Shown piece after piece: positions 45,099-55,218 of a DNA stretch of 64,000 nt. Below the pieces are notes generated by a model, which saw only the letters and a list, made by a program, of their open reading frames with translations, did not search any database and was not told the origin of the DNA. Source of the stretch: the human T2T-CHM13v2.0 reference genome, Homo sapiens; contig CP068257.2 of the NCBI GenBank assembly GCA_009914755.4, positions 24,480,001 to 24,544,000 of the forward strand, given 5' to 3'. Each line of letters begins with the position of its first letter. The first letter of the stretch is position 1. The position numbers and the translations under genes are program-made.

Positions 45099-48000
45099 GG
45101 TAGAGGCAGAGAGGAATGTAAACAAATATTGTATATGCAGAAACTTAACCTCCAATCCCCAGACCTGGGATATAAACCTGGCTGGAAATTTACTACCAGG
45201 AAATGCTCCAGGATTATCTATGATCTCATCCCATTGTTCCTTACTTTTTAAATACAGGAAGTTTTCTCTGTAACATATTTACTCAGTATACCTAATCTGT
45301 ATTTTCCTTTTGGTATTTTAGTACATTCCACTTTGTTTTATTATCATGTGCATGTTTTATTTACCCTGCAAACTTCCTGGGAGTAAGGGGAGGGAGGAGG
45401 GAAGGGGAGGTAATGAGGTATGCAGTCGAACTAAACCTTACATTCTGGAAGCTTTAAATTTAAAATGCATCTGTACAGGTTTATCTTTACATTTGTAATT
45501 GATAGAGATTTTAAAAGAAATGTATTAATGAAAGATGCTTTGTAAGATTCTCAAGGTAATACAATTTGCAGAAACAATGTACATTTCTACTGAATTTAAT
45601 GCACTTCTCACTGATAGTTTAGTGGCCACGTGAAATGCAAGTAATAGCTATGCTTATTTCCAGAATGACTGACAACATTCATACAAATATCTGTAGAAGA
45701 CTCTAGTATGCAAAAAACAGTAACATAAAATAGAGATCCTCTAGCAACAAGACTTAACATAAAGACAACCTCTCCCATTCCTTCAAACCAATATTGTTGA
45801 TCACGTTATTTCTTTTTAATTTTTTTGAATCAGCCATTCCTCATTTAACCTCGTGAACTTGCATGTTCCTTTTCATTTCCTCAGTCAGGACCAGTATTAT
45901 TCCATCTAGTAACTTCTCCGCAGTACTAATAGCCTTGCAAATGTCGTTCAGGAGCCTCTGCTGGTTCCGGTGACAAGAGAAAAGCTTCTGCAGTCTGCCA
46001 GTTATCATGGTTTCTCATCGATTAGCAAGAACCGTGACTCCTTACAGATCACCATCAAACCTGAGCTTTACTATTCTGTGTGTCGGCTTCTACCTTTAGC
46101 GAGGTACTAGTCAGTAGCAGCAGGTTTCCATAAACTATAAATTAGCACTACCACAAAGGTAAGATGATTGTGACTAGGTTAAACCCTCAACAGAGGGAAA
46201 TAAAACTTAAGAGGAAGCTAGATTTAAAAATAAATAAATAAATAAATATTAGGGTAGTGAAACATCATATAGATTAGGGTTTGTTAAACTCACACCTCTA
46301 TCAACATACCAGCCAAAATCATCAACCCAGATAATAACCATGTTTCCCCCGATAGCCAAGGCCCCATTATCATTGCCCTTATTCATTTCTTTTCTACAGC
46401 CACCTGCAGCAGACCTATTTTCTAAGCTCTATAAAAGACAGTCAACTCGTAATTACATCTTTTCAGTGGACACAGAGAGAACCAGATAAACCACCCTCAA
46501 ACCTCAGTAGACTGAATTACCTACCCTTCTACCAACACTTCGCAAAATGGCATAATGTGAATCTCACCTCCACCCTTTAAAGGAGTTAACAATAGCTACT
46601 GAAAAGGTCCCAAAAGATGGCAGAAAGAGCATATTAATGCAATTAAACAGACCAAAAACTAAATTCGAATCTGCCTACATGCTTCCTCTTTTTATACAGA
46701 AAGAAATATTGCTCAACAAAGTTACATATTTAAGTTTTGACAAAAGCTTCAAAAATACGGTTATCATATGCTTTTAATTCCTTAAATGTATGGTTTTTAA
46801 TCTGTAGTAAGACCATTCGGGAAAACTGGAATAATTCTACAAATAAATGTAAGTAAGTCATGAGAGAAATCAGAATTCTCTTAGTTAAGTGCATTTTTTT
46901 AAAACATGGAAAACGAAATTCTTTAACTCTTAAAACAACCTGTCTTAACTAGCCCTAAGGTGATTCCTGAGCCACTTGTGGGTAAAAATCAGAAGAGAAA
47001 AAAGTTCAATGACCTTGCAAATTAGAAACTAAAAAACTAATGGTGTGATAGTCTGTACAGCCTCAGTGGAATTACAGGAAAACATCTGCCCGGAAATTGC
47101 TTTTTTTCTTTTGGAAAATTACTAGGAGGCTGGGGGAAAAGAGGGGAAAAACGGGTAAGGAAGGTTGCAAATGTTAAGATGCCAAACAGGAACCCAACCG
47201 AAGTCCGAAGTGAAATACAGCCTCCTCTGGCCCAACTGTCATGCAAACAACTTCTAAGCATCTTCAGATGTAAAGAAAAACAGTCATTGTGCACAGGCGT
47301 TAGCTGAATGTTCGAGAGTTGGATGAATGGGGAAGACTTGTTATACACCTAGTGGTGGGTGGATTTCACTAGGCTGCAGCCTCCACACAGCTTTTCTTTG
47401 CTGCACTGCAGAGGCGCCATCTTCTCCGTCTTAATCTTCACTCAATTCGATCCTTTTATCTGCACCCTAAAAAAAAGACCCTTCGGACCCTCCCCAGCAT
47501 CCTGTGCCCCCAGGGGAACTAAACCAGAGTCCCCAGAGCTGCCAGGGAAGAGGCCGCGCCTTAATCAGACAAACGCCTCCTTGGATGCACAGGACAGAGC
47601 CCGTGCCTCCCCACCATCCGCCACTGCCCTTTCCAGACGCACATCCCACTCTCCGCCTTATTTCCTCCCCGCCAAGGACTTTACAGCCCAGCACAGAATT
47701 AAGCCTCGGAGGTGATCCAAGGGTGGGAAGCAGAGGGGCCCCGAGGCTCCGCCAGAGGCCCCGGCAGCGTCTCTGCCCCCTCCCAGGCGGACGCGCAGCG
47801 CCGGGAAGGGAGCCGGGCGGGAGCCTCGGTGGCGCACTGAGACTAACGCGGCTCGGCCCACGGCGAGGGCGGGGTGTCGCGGCTTTTGTTCCCGCGGACC
47901 TTCTGCCTCTCAGACAGAGCTTAGGGTGCGAGCGAACTCCCGGGACGTCCAGACTTGGGGAAGGCGCGGGGTGGCTATGGGTCTCCGACCCCTCCCATTT

Positions 48001-48694
48001 CTCGCAAGTTACACAAAAGGGAGACGCGGACATGCACAAAGTTTGCCTGTGGAAGGCGGTGCGCGACCCCGACGCCGGCTCGGGCTAGGGTCGCACCCAG
48101 GCTGCCGCCGCCAGCAGCCGCGAAAAGAGGTTGGAGCAAGGAAGGGGGATGGGGGTGAGAGAGGAAGGTGAAACGAGGCGGAGAACGCAGGGAAAAGCGA
48201 GGGGCTCCTAGCTTCCTGGGCTGTCCCGACTCCTCCTCCTCCTCCCCAGGGCCCAAGAGAAAGGAAAGGGCAACGATTCAAGAGCGAAGGACTGGCTTTA
48301 GGGACGCTGCGTTTTCGGTTTTCCCCACGTGCTCCTTCCCCCTTCCCCCCTGTCTGAATGTCTCTCGCCTCCCCCGACCCCCGCTTCCAAGGCAGGGACT
48401 AAGTCGGGGTCTGGGCTCAGGGTCGCCCCCTACCCTTCTCGCCCCGGGCTGGCGCGGAACCAGGGAGACCAGCGCCTCGCCCGCTCCCTCTCAGCGGGCC
48501 GGAGCGCGACTCCCTGGGGCAGGGCTGGGCCGAAAGCGGGGATGCGCTGGACGTCCGCAAGCGGGGGCGGAGAGGAGAGGGGTCCCATTGACGGACCCCC
48601 GGCTTCTCTGCATTAAAGACTTGGGTTAAGGTCTTGGGGGGTATCGCGTCCCCACCGTGCAGCCTCCCCCCGCCTTCCGAGGCGCGGCACCCAC

Positions 48695-48751
48695 CTCCAG
48701 CGCCCGAGCCGTCCAGGCGGCCAGCAGGAGCAGTGCCAAACCGGGCAGCAT
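48695..48751 (-). CDS. APP: APP exon 1 coding segment, Met1-Glu19: signal peptide MLPGLALLLLAAWTARA plus LE. The ATG is the reverse complement of cat at 48749-48751. The exon ends GAG|GTGGGT.
   Basis: Minus-strand ORF 48626-48829 contains MLPGLALLLLAAWTARALEV, identical to the human APP N-terminus. A GT donor follows directly. The Kozak-like context is GTCGCGATGC. Confidence 0.92.
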
Positions 48752-48898
48752 CGCGACCCTGCGCGGGGCACCGAGTGCGCTGCTGTGCGAGTGGGATCCG
48801 CCGCGTCCTTGCTCTGCCCGCGCCGCCACCGCCGCCGTCTCCCGGGGCCCCCGCGCACGCTCCTCCGCGTGCTCTCGCCTACCGCTGCCGAGGAAACT
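48752..48898 (-). other. APP: APP 5'UTR (147 nt). The transcription start is ~48897-48898 (AGTTTCCTCGGCAGCGG...).
   Basis: The reverse complement of 48752-48898 reads AGTTTCCTCGGCAGCGGTAGGCGAGAGCACGCGGAGGAGCGTGCGCGGGGGCCCCGGGAGACGGCGGCGGTGGCGGCGCGGGCAGAGCAAGGACGCGGCGGATCCCACTCGCACAGCAGCGCACTCGGTGCCCCGCGCAGGGTCGCG. This matches the APP mRNA leader as I recall it. Confidence 0.85.
48805..48848 (-). promoter_or_regulatory. APP: Region of the reported APP 5'UTR iron-responsive-element-like stem-loop (+51 to +94 of the leader). It contains a CAGAGC loop motif within GGGCAGAGCAAGGACGCGG.
   Basis: The position was computed from the TSS. The motif CAGAGC resembles the ferritin IRE loop CAGUGC. The functional assignment comes from the literature, not from the sequence alone. 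Confidence 0.5.
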
Positions 48899-48940
48899 GA
48901 CGGAGCCCGAGCGCGGCGGCGGGGCTCAGAGCCAGGCGAG

Positions 48941-48948
48941 TCAGCTGA
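48941..48948 (-). promoter_or_regulatory. APP: E-box CAGCTG within GGATCAGCTGACTCG at about -44 to -50 (reported USF/AP-4 site with an overlapping AP-1-like TGACTC).
   Basis: The motif is seen directly in the sequence. The factor assignment comes from published APP promoter studies. Confidence 0.55.
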
Positions 48949-48968
48949 TCCGGCCCACCCCGCTCGGC

Positions 48969-48992
48969 ACCCGAGAGAGACCCCTAGCGGCG
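48969..48992 (-). promoter_or_regulatory. APP: APB-beta domain (GCCGCTAGGGGTCTCTCTCGGGTG), the reported CTCF-binding activator element of the APP promoter at about -93 to -72.
   Basis: The minus strand reads GCCGCTAGGGGTCTCTCTCGGGTGCCGAGCGGGGTGGGCCGG. Confidence 0.55.
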
Positions 48993-49099
48993 CCGCCGGG
49001 GAACTGCGCCCGCTCGCGCCGGGAGGGGCCCTCGCGCCCCGCGCCCACAGGTGCAGCGCCCTTGGCGCCGCCTGCACCCCACGCGCCCCCTCCGCTCCC

Positions 49100-49182
49100 C
49101 GGCCGACGGCCCACCTGGGCTTCGTGAACAGTGGGAGGGAGAGTCTGGGGCCAGGAGAGGGACGGTGCAGGATCAGGGAAAG
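49100..49182 (+). ncRNA. Candidate first exon of a divergent (head-to-head) noncoding transcript. It ends at a strong donor, AG|GTGAGT, at 49181-49188.
   Basis: Plus-strand sequence GGGAAAG|GTGAGTCC sits at the far edge of the bidirectional CpG island. There is no ORF support and no acceptor is identified. Confidence 0.25.
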
Positions 49183-50644
49183 GTGAGTCCTAGGACGCTG
49201 AGGCTCTAGAAAAGTCGAGAGCGCTCCTGCTCGTCCCCGTGAGCTTGAATCATCCGACCCCGCAGGCCTCCCGGGGGTGTCGTATAAAGGACTGCTGCTA
49301 GGGTGCGTTTTTATCCGCATTTCGTTTTTTCTCTCGGTTTGGAGAGGTGGGGCAGGCGTTTCTGGAAGAGAATGAGAACGAGTGAAGCTTAAAGGAAATA
49401 GGATTTTCTTTGCTTGTTGAGACAGCAAAACCTCATTTTTTAACCCCCAACGTCAAAAGCAGGCACGAGCAACCTGGAATTTCTATCTTTAGAACGAACC
49501 AAAGGAGCAAGGCGCAGGACCTGGCAAAGAAGCGGCCAACCCATTTACTTCTTCTTGAAAGCAGGGTTCTGGGCTTGGGTTTTGTTTCTTTCTTATATTT
49601 TTGTTTGTTTTTGGTTTTGTTTTGTTAAAGGGGGTGGTCAGTGTGGATTTTGCGGGGCGGGGGGTCTTTTTTTGTTGTTAAGCAGGGATGTAACATCCAT
49701 CTGAGTTGGGGAAGAAGGAAAAATTAGGAGAGATCATTCGTATTCGACCCCCGTAAATGAGGACTTCTGACCTCAAACGCTGCCCTTGTTCTTCATTGTG
49801 TCTGTCCTGAATTATAGAAATGAACCTTCTGCCATGCCACTTTCTCCTGGATTAAACACAAACCGTCCACTGTCCAGTTAGTGTCCAGATAGTTTAGAAT
49901 GCTCTAGAACTGCCCAGATGTATCCCCTGCTCTTGACCTGAAGTAGCATTTAGTTACCAAGCCACAGCCCACTCCACACAGGGCTTGGAGCGAAGGACTG
50001 AAGCCAGGGAGTGCTCTGGCCCTTCTGAGGGCTGCACTGCAGCCTGCCTTCTCTCCCCTGCTCATTGCGCTGACAAGGGTGCCTAGGCCCGGGAAGGATG
50101 GCTCAGCCAGCGGGGTACAGACTTCCTTCCTGGGAAGTCATTTCTGTACCAGCTCCCCTAAATGTTGTCTTGTGTGTCTTTTCCCGCACTAGGCATTCAG
50201 TCTTGACTCTTGGATTACTTTTGCCCCTGAATGTCCTTTGGATGTCCTCAACAAATAAGGACAAATATTTATTGTCATGCAGTATTTGTTTATACGCTTC
50301 ATGTCATTTACTTCCTACAAAAGCCAAAGAGGCTGTTACTATTATTCCTATTTATACATCAGGAAAATGAAGCTAATGAACTCCCAAATCTAATAGCAAG
50401 TAAGTGACATGAAGCTGGGACAGCAGGGAAAAGCCTAAAGTGACAGGACAAACCCAGTTGTTCACTTTCTGCACCACATTTACCCACCGCAATTCCGTAT
50501 TTGTTCCGGGTCTGCATGAGCAAATAAGGCAAAAAAGAAGGTATCTGAATGCAAAGAGAAACGTGGTCCAAAGCTACAAATCTTGCAGAGTCCACTGCAA
50601 AATGCAAACGTGAGACCCTTTGTTACATTATTAAGAATTTTAAG

Positions 50645-50949
<305 letters not shown>

Positions 50950-51095
50950 TTAAGAATTTTAAGATGGCAATGGCAGAGCGTTAAACCAAGCATGGGGCTC
51001 CTCCCACCGCAGGGCCTGTGAGACTCTCCAGGGTTGCATGCCCATGAAGCCAGCCCTGGGAAGGAGGAGGCAACTTTAAGAGTGAGGGACTTTTC

Positions 51096-51609
<514 letters not shown>

Positions 51610-52375
51610 CTAGCTCTGTTCTGCATTTAATGCCATTTCCTGCCCTGAGGTGTCTTGCAGATCCTCCAAGCAGAAAACGCAGGAACATCCCTAGTTATAA
51701 CCCTACAAAGTTGGGGAAGGAACCAACAACCACTTGTCTGCTGGAATTCCTACAACAGCATCCCCATCCTAGTTTCAAGTGTCTCCATTTGTGAGATATT
51801 CACTGGCTCTCCAGACTGTGCATTCTATCTTTGGGCATTTCTGGTTACTAGAATGTTCTTATCCCATTTAAAGCTCACATCCCCCGCCTTTAAACTCCCA
51901 CTCAGATATCCTTGTATCCCCAGTGACCAAGCAGAATAATTCTTTTCCACACTTCAGATCTTTACAAATTTGCCAGCGGTTTTCATGCTACTTCTTCCTC
52001 TAGAGTCTTCTCTTCACAAGGTAAAACAGGCACTTCCTTCAACAGTTGCATAATGGCATGGTTTCTGGTTCCTTCCACACCTTGGCCATTCTCTAAATGT
52101 GTTCTGGCTTGTCTGTGTCTTTTTACAGTACTCGAAGTGTGCTCTGACTGCTGCAACATGGGAGATGTTGCCCACTACTCTGCCTGGAGCCTCATGTTGC
52201 ATTTGACTGTTTTAGTAACCGCATCCCACTGCAGACTCCAATTGGTCCAGATACCCCATTTCTATTTTATGCATAGTCTGCTGGGCCGCGTTTCTGTCGT
52301 CTTGTGTTTAGGCTGTTATCTGTGCCCTATAAATATCACCAAAAGCAATCGTTAAGTCTGAGCCAGATGAACCCT

Positions 52376-52745
52376 GCAGGGCTGCCATAACTTACCATAG
52401 ACTGGATGGATCAAACACCAGAAATGTATTTCCTCACATTTCAGGAGGCTGGAAGTCTGAAATCGAGGTGTTGGCTGAGTTGGTTACTTCTGAGGCCTCT
52501 CTCCTTGGCTTGCAGATGGCCACCTTCTCCCTGTATTCTCACATGGTCTTCCCTCTGTGTCTTACTGTGCCCTAATCTCCTCTTGTTATAAGGACAGCAG
52601 ATATTGGGTTAGGATCCATGCTAATGACCTCATTTAACCTTAATTACATCTTTGACCCTATCTCCAAATATGGTCACATTTTGAGACACTGTCGGGTTAG
52701 GACTTCAACATATGAATTTGGGGGTGGGGGTACATAATATGTCCT
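52376..52745 (-). mobile_element. MLT1-type (MaLR) LTR, antisense, slightly 5'-truncated.
   Basis: CTGCCATAACTTACCATAGACTGGATGGATCAAACACCAGAAATGTATTTCCTCACATTTCAGGAGGCTGGAAGTCTGAAATCGAGGTG...CTTGTTATAAGGACAGCAGATATTGGGTTAGGATCCATGCTAATGACCTCATTTAACCTTAATTAC...GGACTTCAACATATGAATTTGGGGG. Confidence 0.65.
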
Positions 52746-53048
52746 TCTTTAGAACAGCTAAGACTTATTCTATAATCCTGTCACTCATCTTTGGCCTTTA
52801 TTTCCAGTGACCTTTCTTTCATTTTCAGTCTGAAGATCATTCAACTCAACAGAAAAAAAAAAAATAGAAATGGAAGAGATCTACTTTCTGTCTGTCCTGC
52901 ATCAGCATTGCATCATGATCCCCATGCAGCTGGCTTACCCCTCCCGCAATCATCAGGCTCTGAAAAGAAAGAAAATGACCTTTTATACTTTCCTTTAGAA
53001 AATTTTGTCAAAGCTTAAACATTGACATTTAATGACATTTAAAATCTG

Positions 53049-53425
53049 TATTAGTTTACTAGAGCTGCCATAACAAAATATCACAGACTGGGTGGCTTAA
53101 ACCAAGAAATTTATTTTCTCACAGTTCCAGAAAAGTCTAAGATCAAGATGCAGATAGGATTGGAATCCTCAGAGGTCTCCTTGGCTTGCAGATGGCTGCA
53201 CCCTTGCTAAGTCCTCACACGTTCTTTCCTCTGCACAGGTACCTCTGGTATTTCTGTGTGTCCTAATCTCCTCCTCTTACAAGAATACCAGCCAGATTAT
53301 ATTAGGGCCCACGCCAGTGGCCTTAATTTAATTAGCTCTTCAAAGGCCCTACCCAAATACAGTCATGTTCTAAGGTACTGGGGGTTAGGGCTTCAACATA
53401 TGAATTTTGGGGGAACATAAGTCTA
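53049..53425 (-). mobile_element. MLT1-type (MaLR) LTR, antisense; second copy 300 bp away in the same orientation.
   Basis: TGTATTAGTTTACTAGAGCTGCCATAACAAAATATCACAGACTGGGTGGCTTAAACCAAGAAATTTATTTTCTCACAGTTCCAG...CTTGGCTTGCAGATGGCTGCACCC...GGGCTTCAACATATGAATTTTGGGGGAAC. Confidence 0.65.
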
Positions 53426-54936
53426 TAACCAAACCTCTAAAATTCCCCTAAAATTATTCTCACATTTTAAGCTACTCTGATGTCCGTCCTTGGGAGTGGA
53501 TTCCTTCTACTTTTTATTCATGTCCTTTTGAAATCAGAAACCTTCCTAGGTAATTAGAATATTTCTTTAGCTGCTTCCTGGTTGAATATATGGATTACTT
53601 AGCCACTCCAGACTTCCGGTAGTGTTGGGAATTACCATGCTTTCCATGAAGATGTGAGCTTGCTGGGTATCATGTACGTTGGCAGACGCAGTGACGTATT
53701 TGAGAGTTTCACATGCCTCTTAACCTGTCTTTCCTCCCAGAACCGTGTGCTAACTCCTCATCAAAGACCAGAAGTAGATCCTGAATTGTATTCATTCTCA
53801 TCTCTTTCTACCTCCTCCAAGACAGAAGGACATGATTAACTTCTTTATCTCAATGTCAGCCTTCAATAGCTACAAAAGTCTAAACTGTAAATAGCGTTGA
53901 AGCTTTGCATAATAAAATTCTTTTCCCCAGTGATGGGCAGTTTTTCACATAGTAACATTCTTTTAATCTTTTTTTCTTTTTAATGAGTAGACATAAAGAA
54001 ATGCTTAAATAAATAATTATCAACTAACTTACCTACATTTAACTACACATACCTAACAGACCTGAATATAGGCAGAGGATGTGACATTTTACTTACCCTT
54101 TTATTAAAGTTACTGCTTCATTTATTGGTCTTTACTTCACTAATGCATCCATAAAATGTTTACATTTTTTTAAACAATAAAATACTCTTGAAATTAGTCC
54201 TTCTCTGTAATCACTACATAAAACTGCTTTAGAGACAGCCTTCAGATCAACTAAATTATATTTTACAAAATGGCTTAGGTATTTCAGTAGTAACTCTATG
54301 GAACAACAGAATTCACTGTTTAACCAGGGACCAATATTGGCAGCTGGCTTCCATAACTTGTTTGAGGAATGTAGTAATTCCAAGGTTGCTGCAAGGACTA
54401 ATGTACAGGAATATTCCTGTATTTTATGGAATAAAAAGGAAGAACGAGAGGAGAAAGAAATAGATAGTACATACCAACCCCAGAGGTAGGGAGTATGAAA
54501 ATCAATCAAGTAGCCAGAAGATGTAATGGAGCCATGTGGGTCTTACGTCAGTTCTCTTCCTTAGAGAACTTTGGATAATAGGGCAACAATATGCTCTGGT
54601 GGAAAAGAACTCAGGCCTTGAGAAAGCCTGAGCACTACAGTTTCTGAAGAATGCTCCTTTCATTAGGTGGTGTGGTGATGAATTGTAAAGGCACCCAGCA
54701 CAGTGCCTGGTTTACCATAGAAATCGGTTCTTTTTTCTTGAGAGAACAACAATTCGCAATAGCTGTCACTTAAGTGACCAGCATAATCCTGGCTTTGAGC
54801 TTGCCAGGGGCTGCCAGTTAGAACAATGGCTGTCAACCCCGTGTTATTTATTTAGATTTCCTAAGTAATGTTTTGCTAATAAAAGCTCCAAATTTGTGAG
54901 TGATTTACTCTTGTTTTATTTATTTAATAAAGTGGC

Positions 54937-54975
54937 ACGATTTATTAATTTAATTAATTATTTAATTAATTATTA
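54937..54975. repeat. (TTAA)n/(TTAATTTAA)-type AT-rich simple repeat.
   Basis: TTAATTTAATTAATTATTTAATTAATTATT. Confidence 0.8.
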
Positions 54976-55218
54976 GCAGTGGCACAATCTCAGCTCACTG
55001 CAACCTCTACCTCCTGGGCTCAAGTGATCCTTCACCTCAGCCTCCAGAGTAGCTGGGGCTACAGGTGCGCACTACCATGTCCAGCTAATTTGTGTACTTT
55101 TTGTAGAGATGGGGTCTTGCCATGTTATCCAGGTTGGTCTTAAACTCCTGAGCTCGTGATCCACCCTCCTTGATCTCCTAAAATGCAGGGATTATAGGCA
55201 TGAGCCACTGTGTCTGGT
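54968..55218 (-). mobile_element. Alu (antisense), truncated at the poly-T end.
   Basis: GCAGTGGCACAATCTCAGCTCACTGCAACCTCTACCTCCTGGGCTCAAGTGATCCTTCACCTCAGCCTCCAGAGTAGCTGGGGCTACAGG...GGGATTATAGGCATGAGCCACTGTGTCTGG. Confidence 0.88.

Larger units (their letters stand above)
48899..49100 (-). promoter_or_regulatory. APP: APP proximal promoter: TATA-less and GC-rich, with multiple GC boxes (GGGCGG/CCGCCC).
   Basis: Lies immediately 5' of the TSS on the minus strand. Contains GCCCCGCCGCCGCGCTCGGGCTCCGTC. No TATA box at -30. Confidence 0.8.
47480..49340. promoter_or_regulatory. APP: CpG island (~1.8 kb) covering the promoter, exon 1 and ~1.2 kb of intron 1.
   Basis: Very high G+C and CpG density, for example runs of GCGCGG and CCGCCG, contrasting with the AT-rich, CpG-depleted flanks. 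Confidence 0.9.

Noticed and set aside
48626-48829. Upstream extension of the APP frame (MAARAEQGRGGSHSHSSALGAPRRVA-MLPGL...) and its downstream continuation (...VGAAPRKAGGGCTVGTRYPPRP).
   Set aside because: The first codon is GTG, a permissive start in the ORF caller. The upstream part is the 5'UTR read in frame. The part after ALE is intron 1 read through the GTGGGT donor. The real CDS in this window is only Met1-Glu19.
48752-48830. Apparent extra C in the 5'UTR (my reading gives GCGCCTGCTG where the ORF-track translation implies GCGCTGCTG).
   Set aside because: The ORF track (SSALGAPRRVAM, and the plus-strand ORF ...LLCEWDPPRP) is consistent with the reference APP leader without the extra base. 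Track coordinates match my reading again by 50098. I treat this as a transcription or line-count ambiguity, not a variant. Coordinates between ~48780 and ~50000 may be off by one.
49281-49290. TATAAA hexamer (GTCGTATAAAGGACTG) ~385 bp upstream of the APP TSS.
   Set aside because: It is on the wrong strand and too far from the APP TSS to be its TATA box, and APP is known to be TATA-less. It could only serve a plus-strand TSS near 49310. I have no evidence for one, and it lies downstream of the candidate divergent-exon donor rather than upstream.
47467-49428. Several long ORFs overlapping the CpG island: 48613-49428 (-, 271 aa), 47467-48039 (-, 190 aa), 47504-48088 (+, 194 aa), 48168-48629 (+, 153 aa), 48657-49127 (+, 156 aa), 48785-49186 (+, 133 aa).
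   Set aside because: All lie in 70-80% GC sequence where stop codons are rare. They have Pro/Arg/Gly/Ala-rich low-complexity translations, many use non-ATG starts, and they overlap each other in multiple frames. They cover the known APP promoter and 5'UTR, which does not encode protein in any other frame. These are compositional artefacts.
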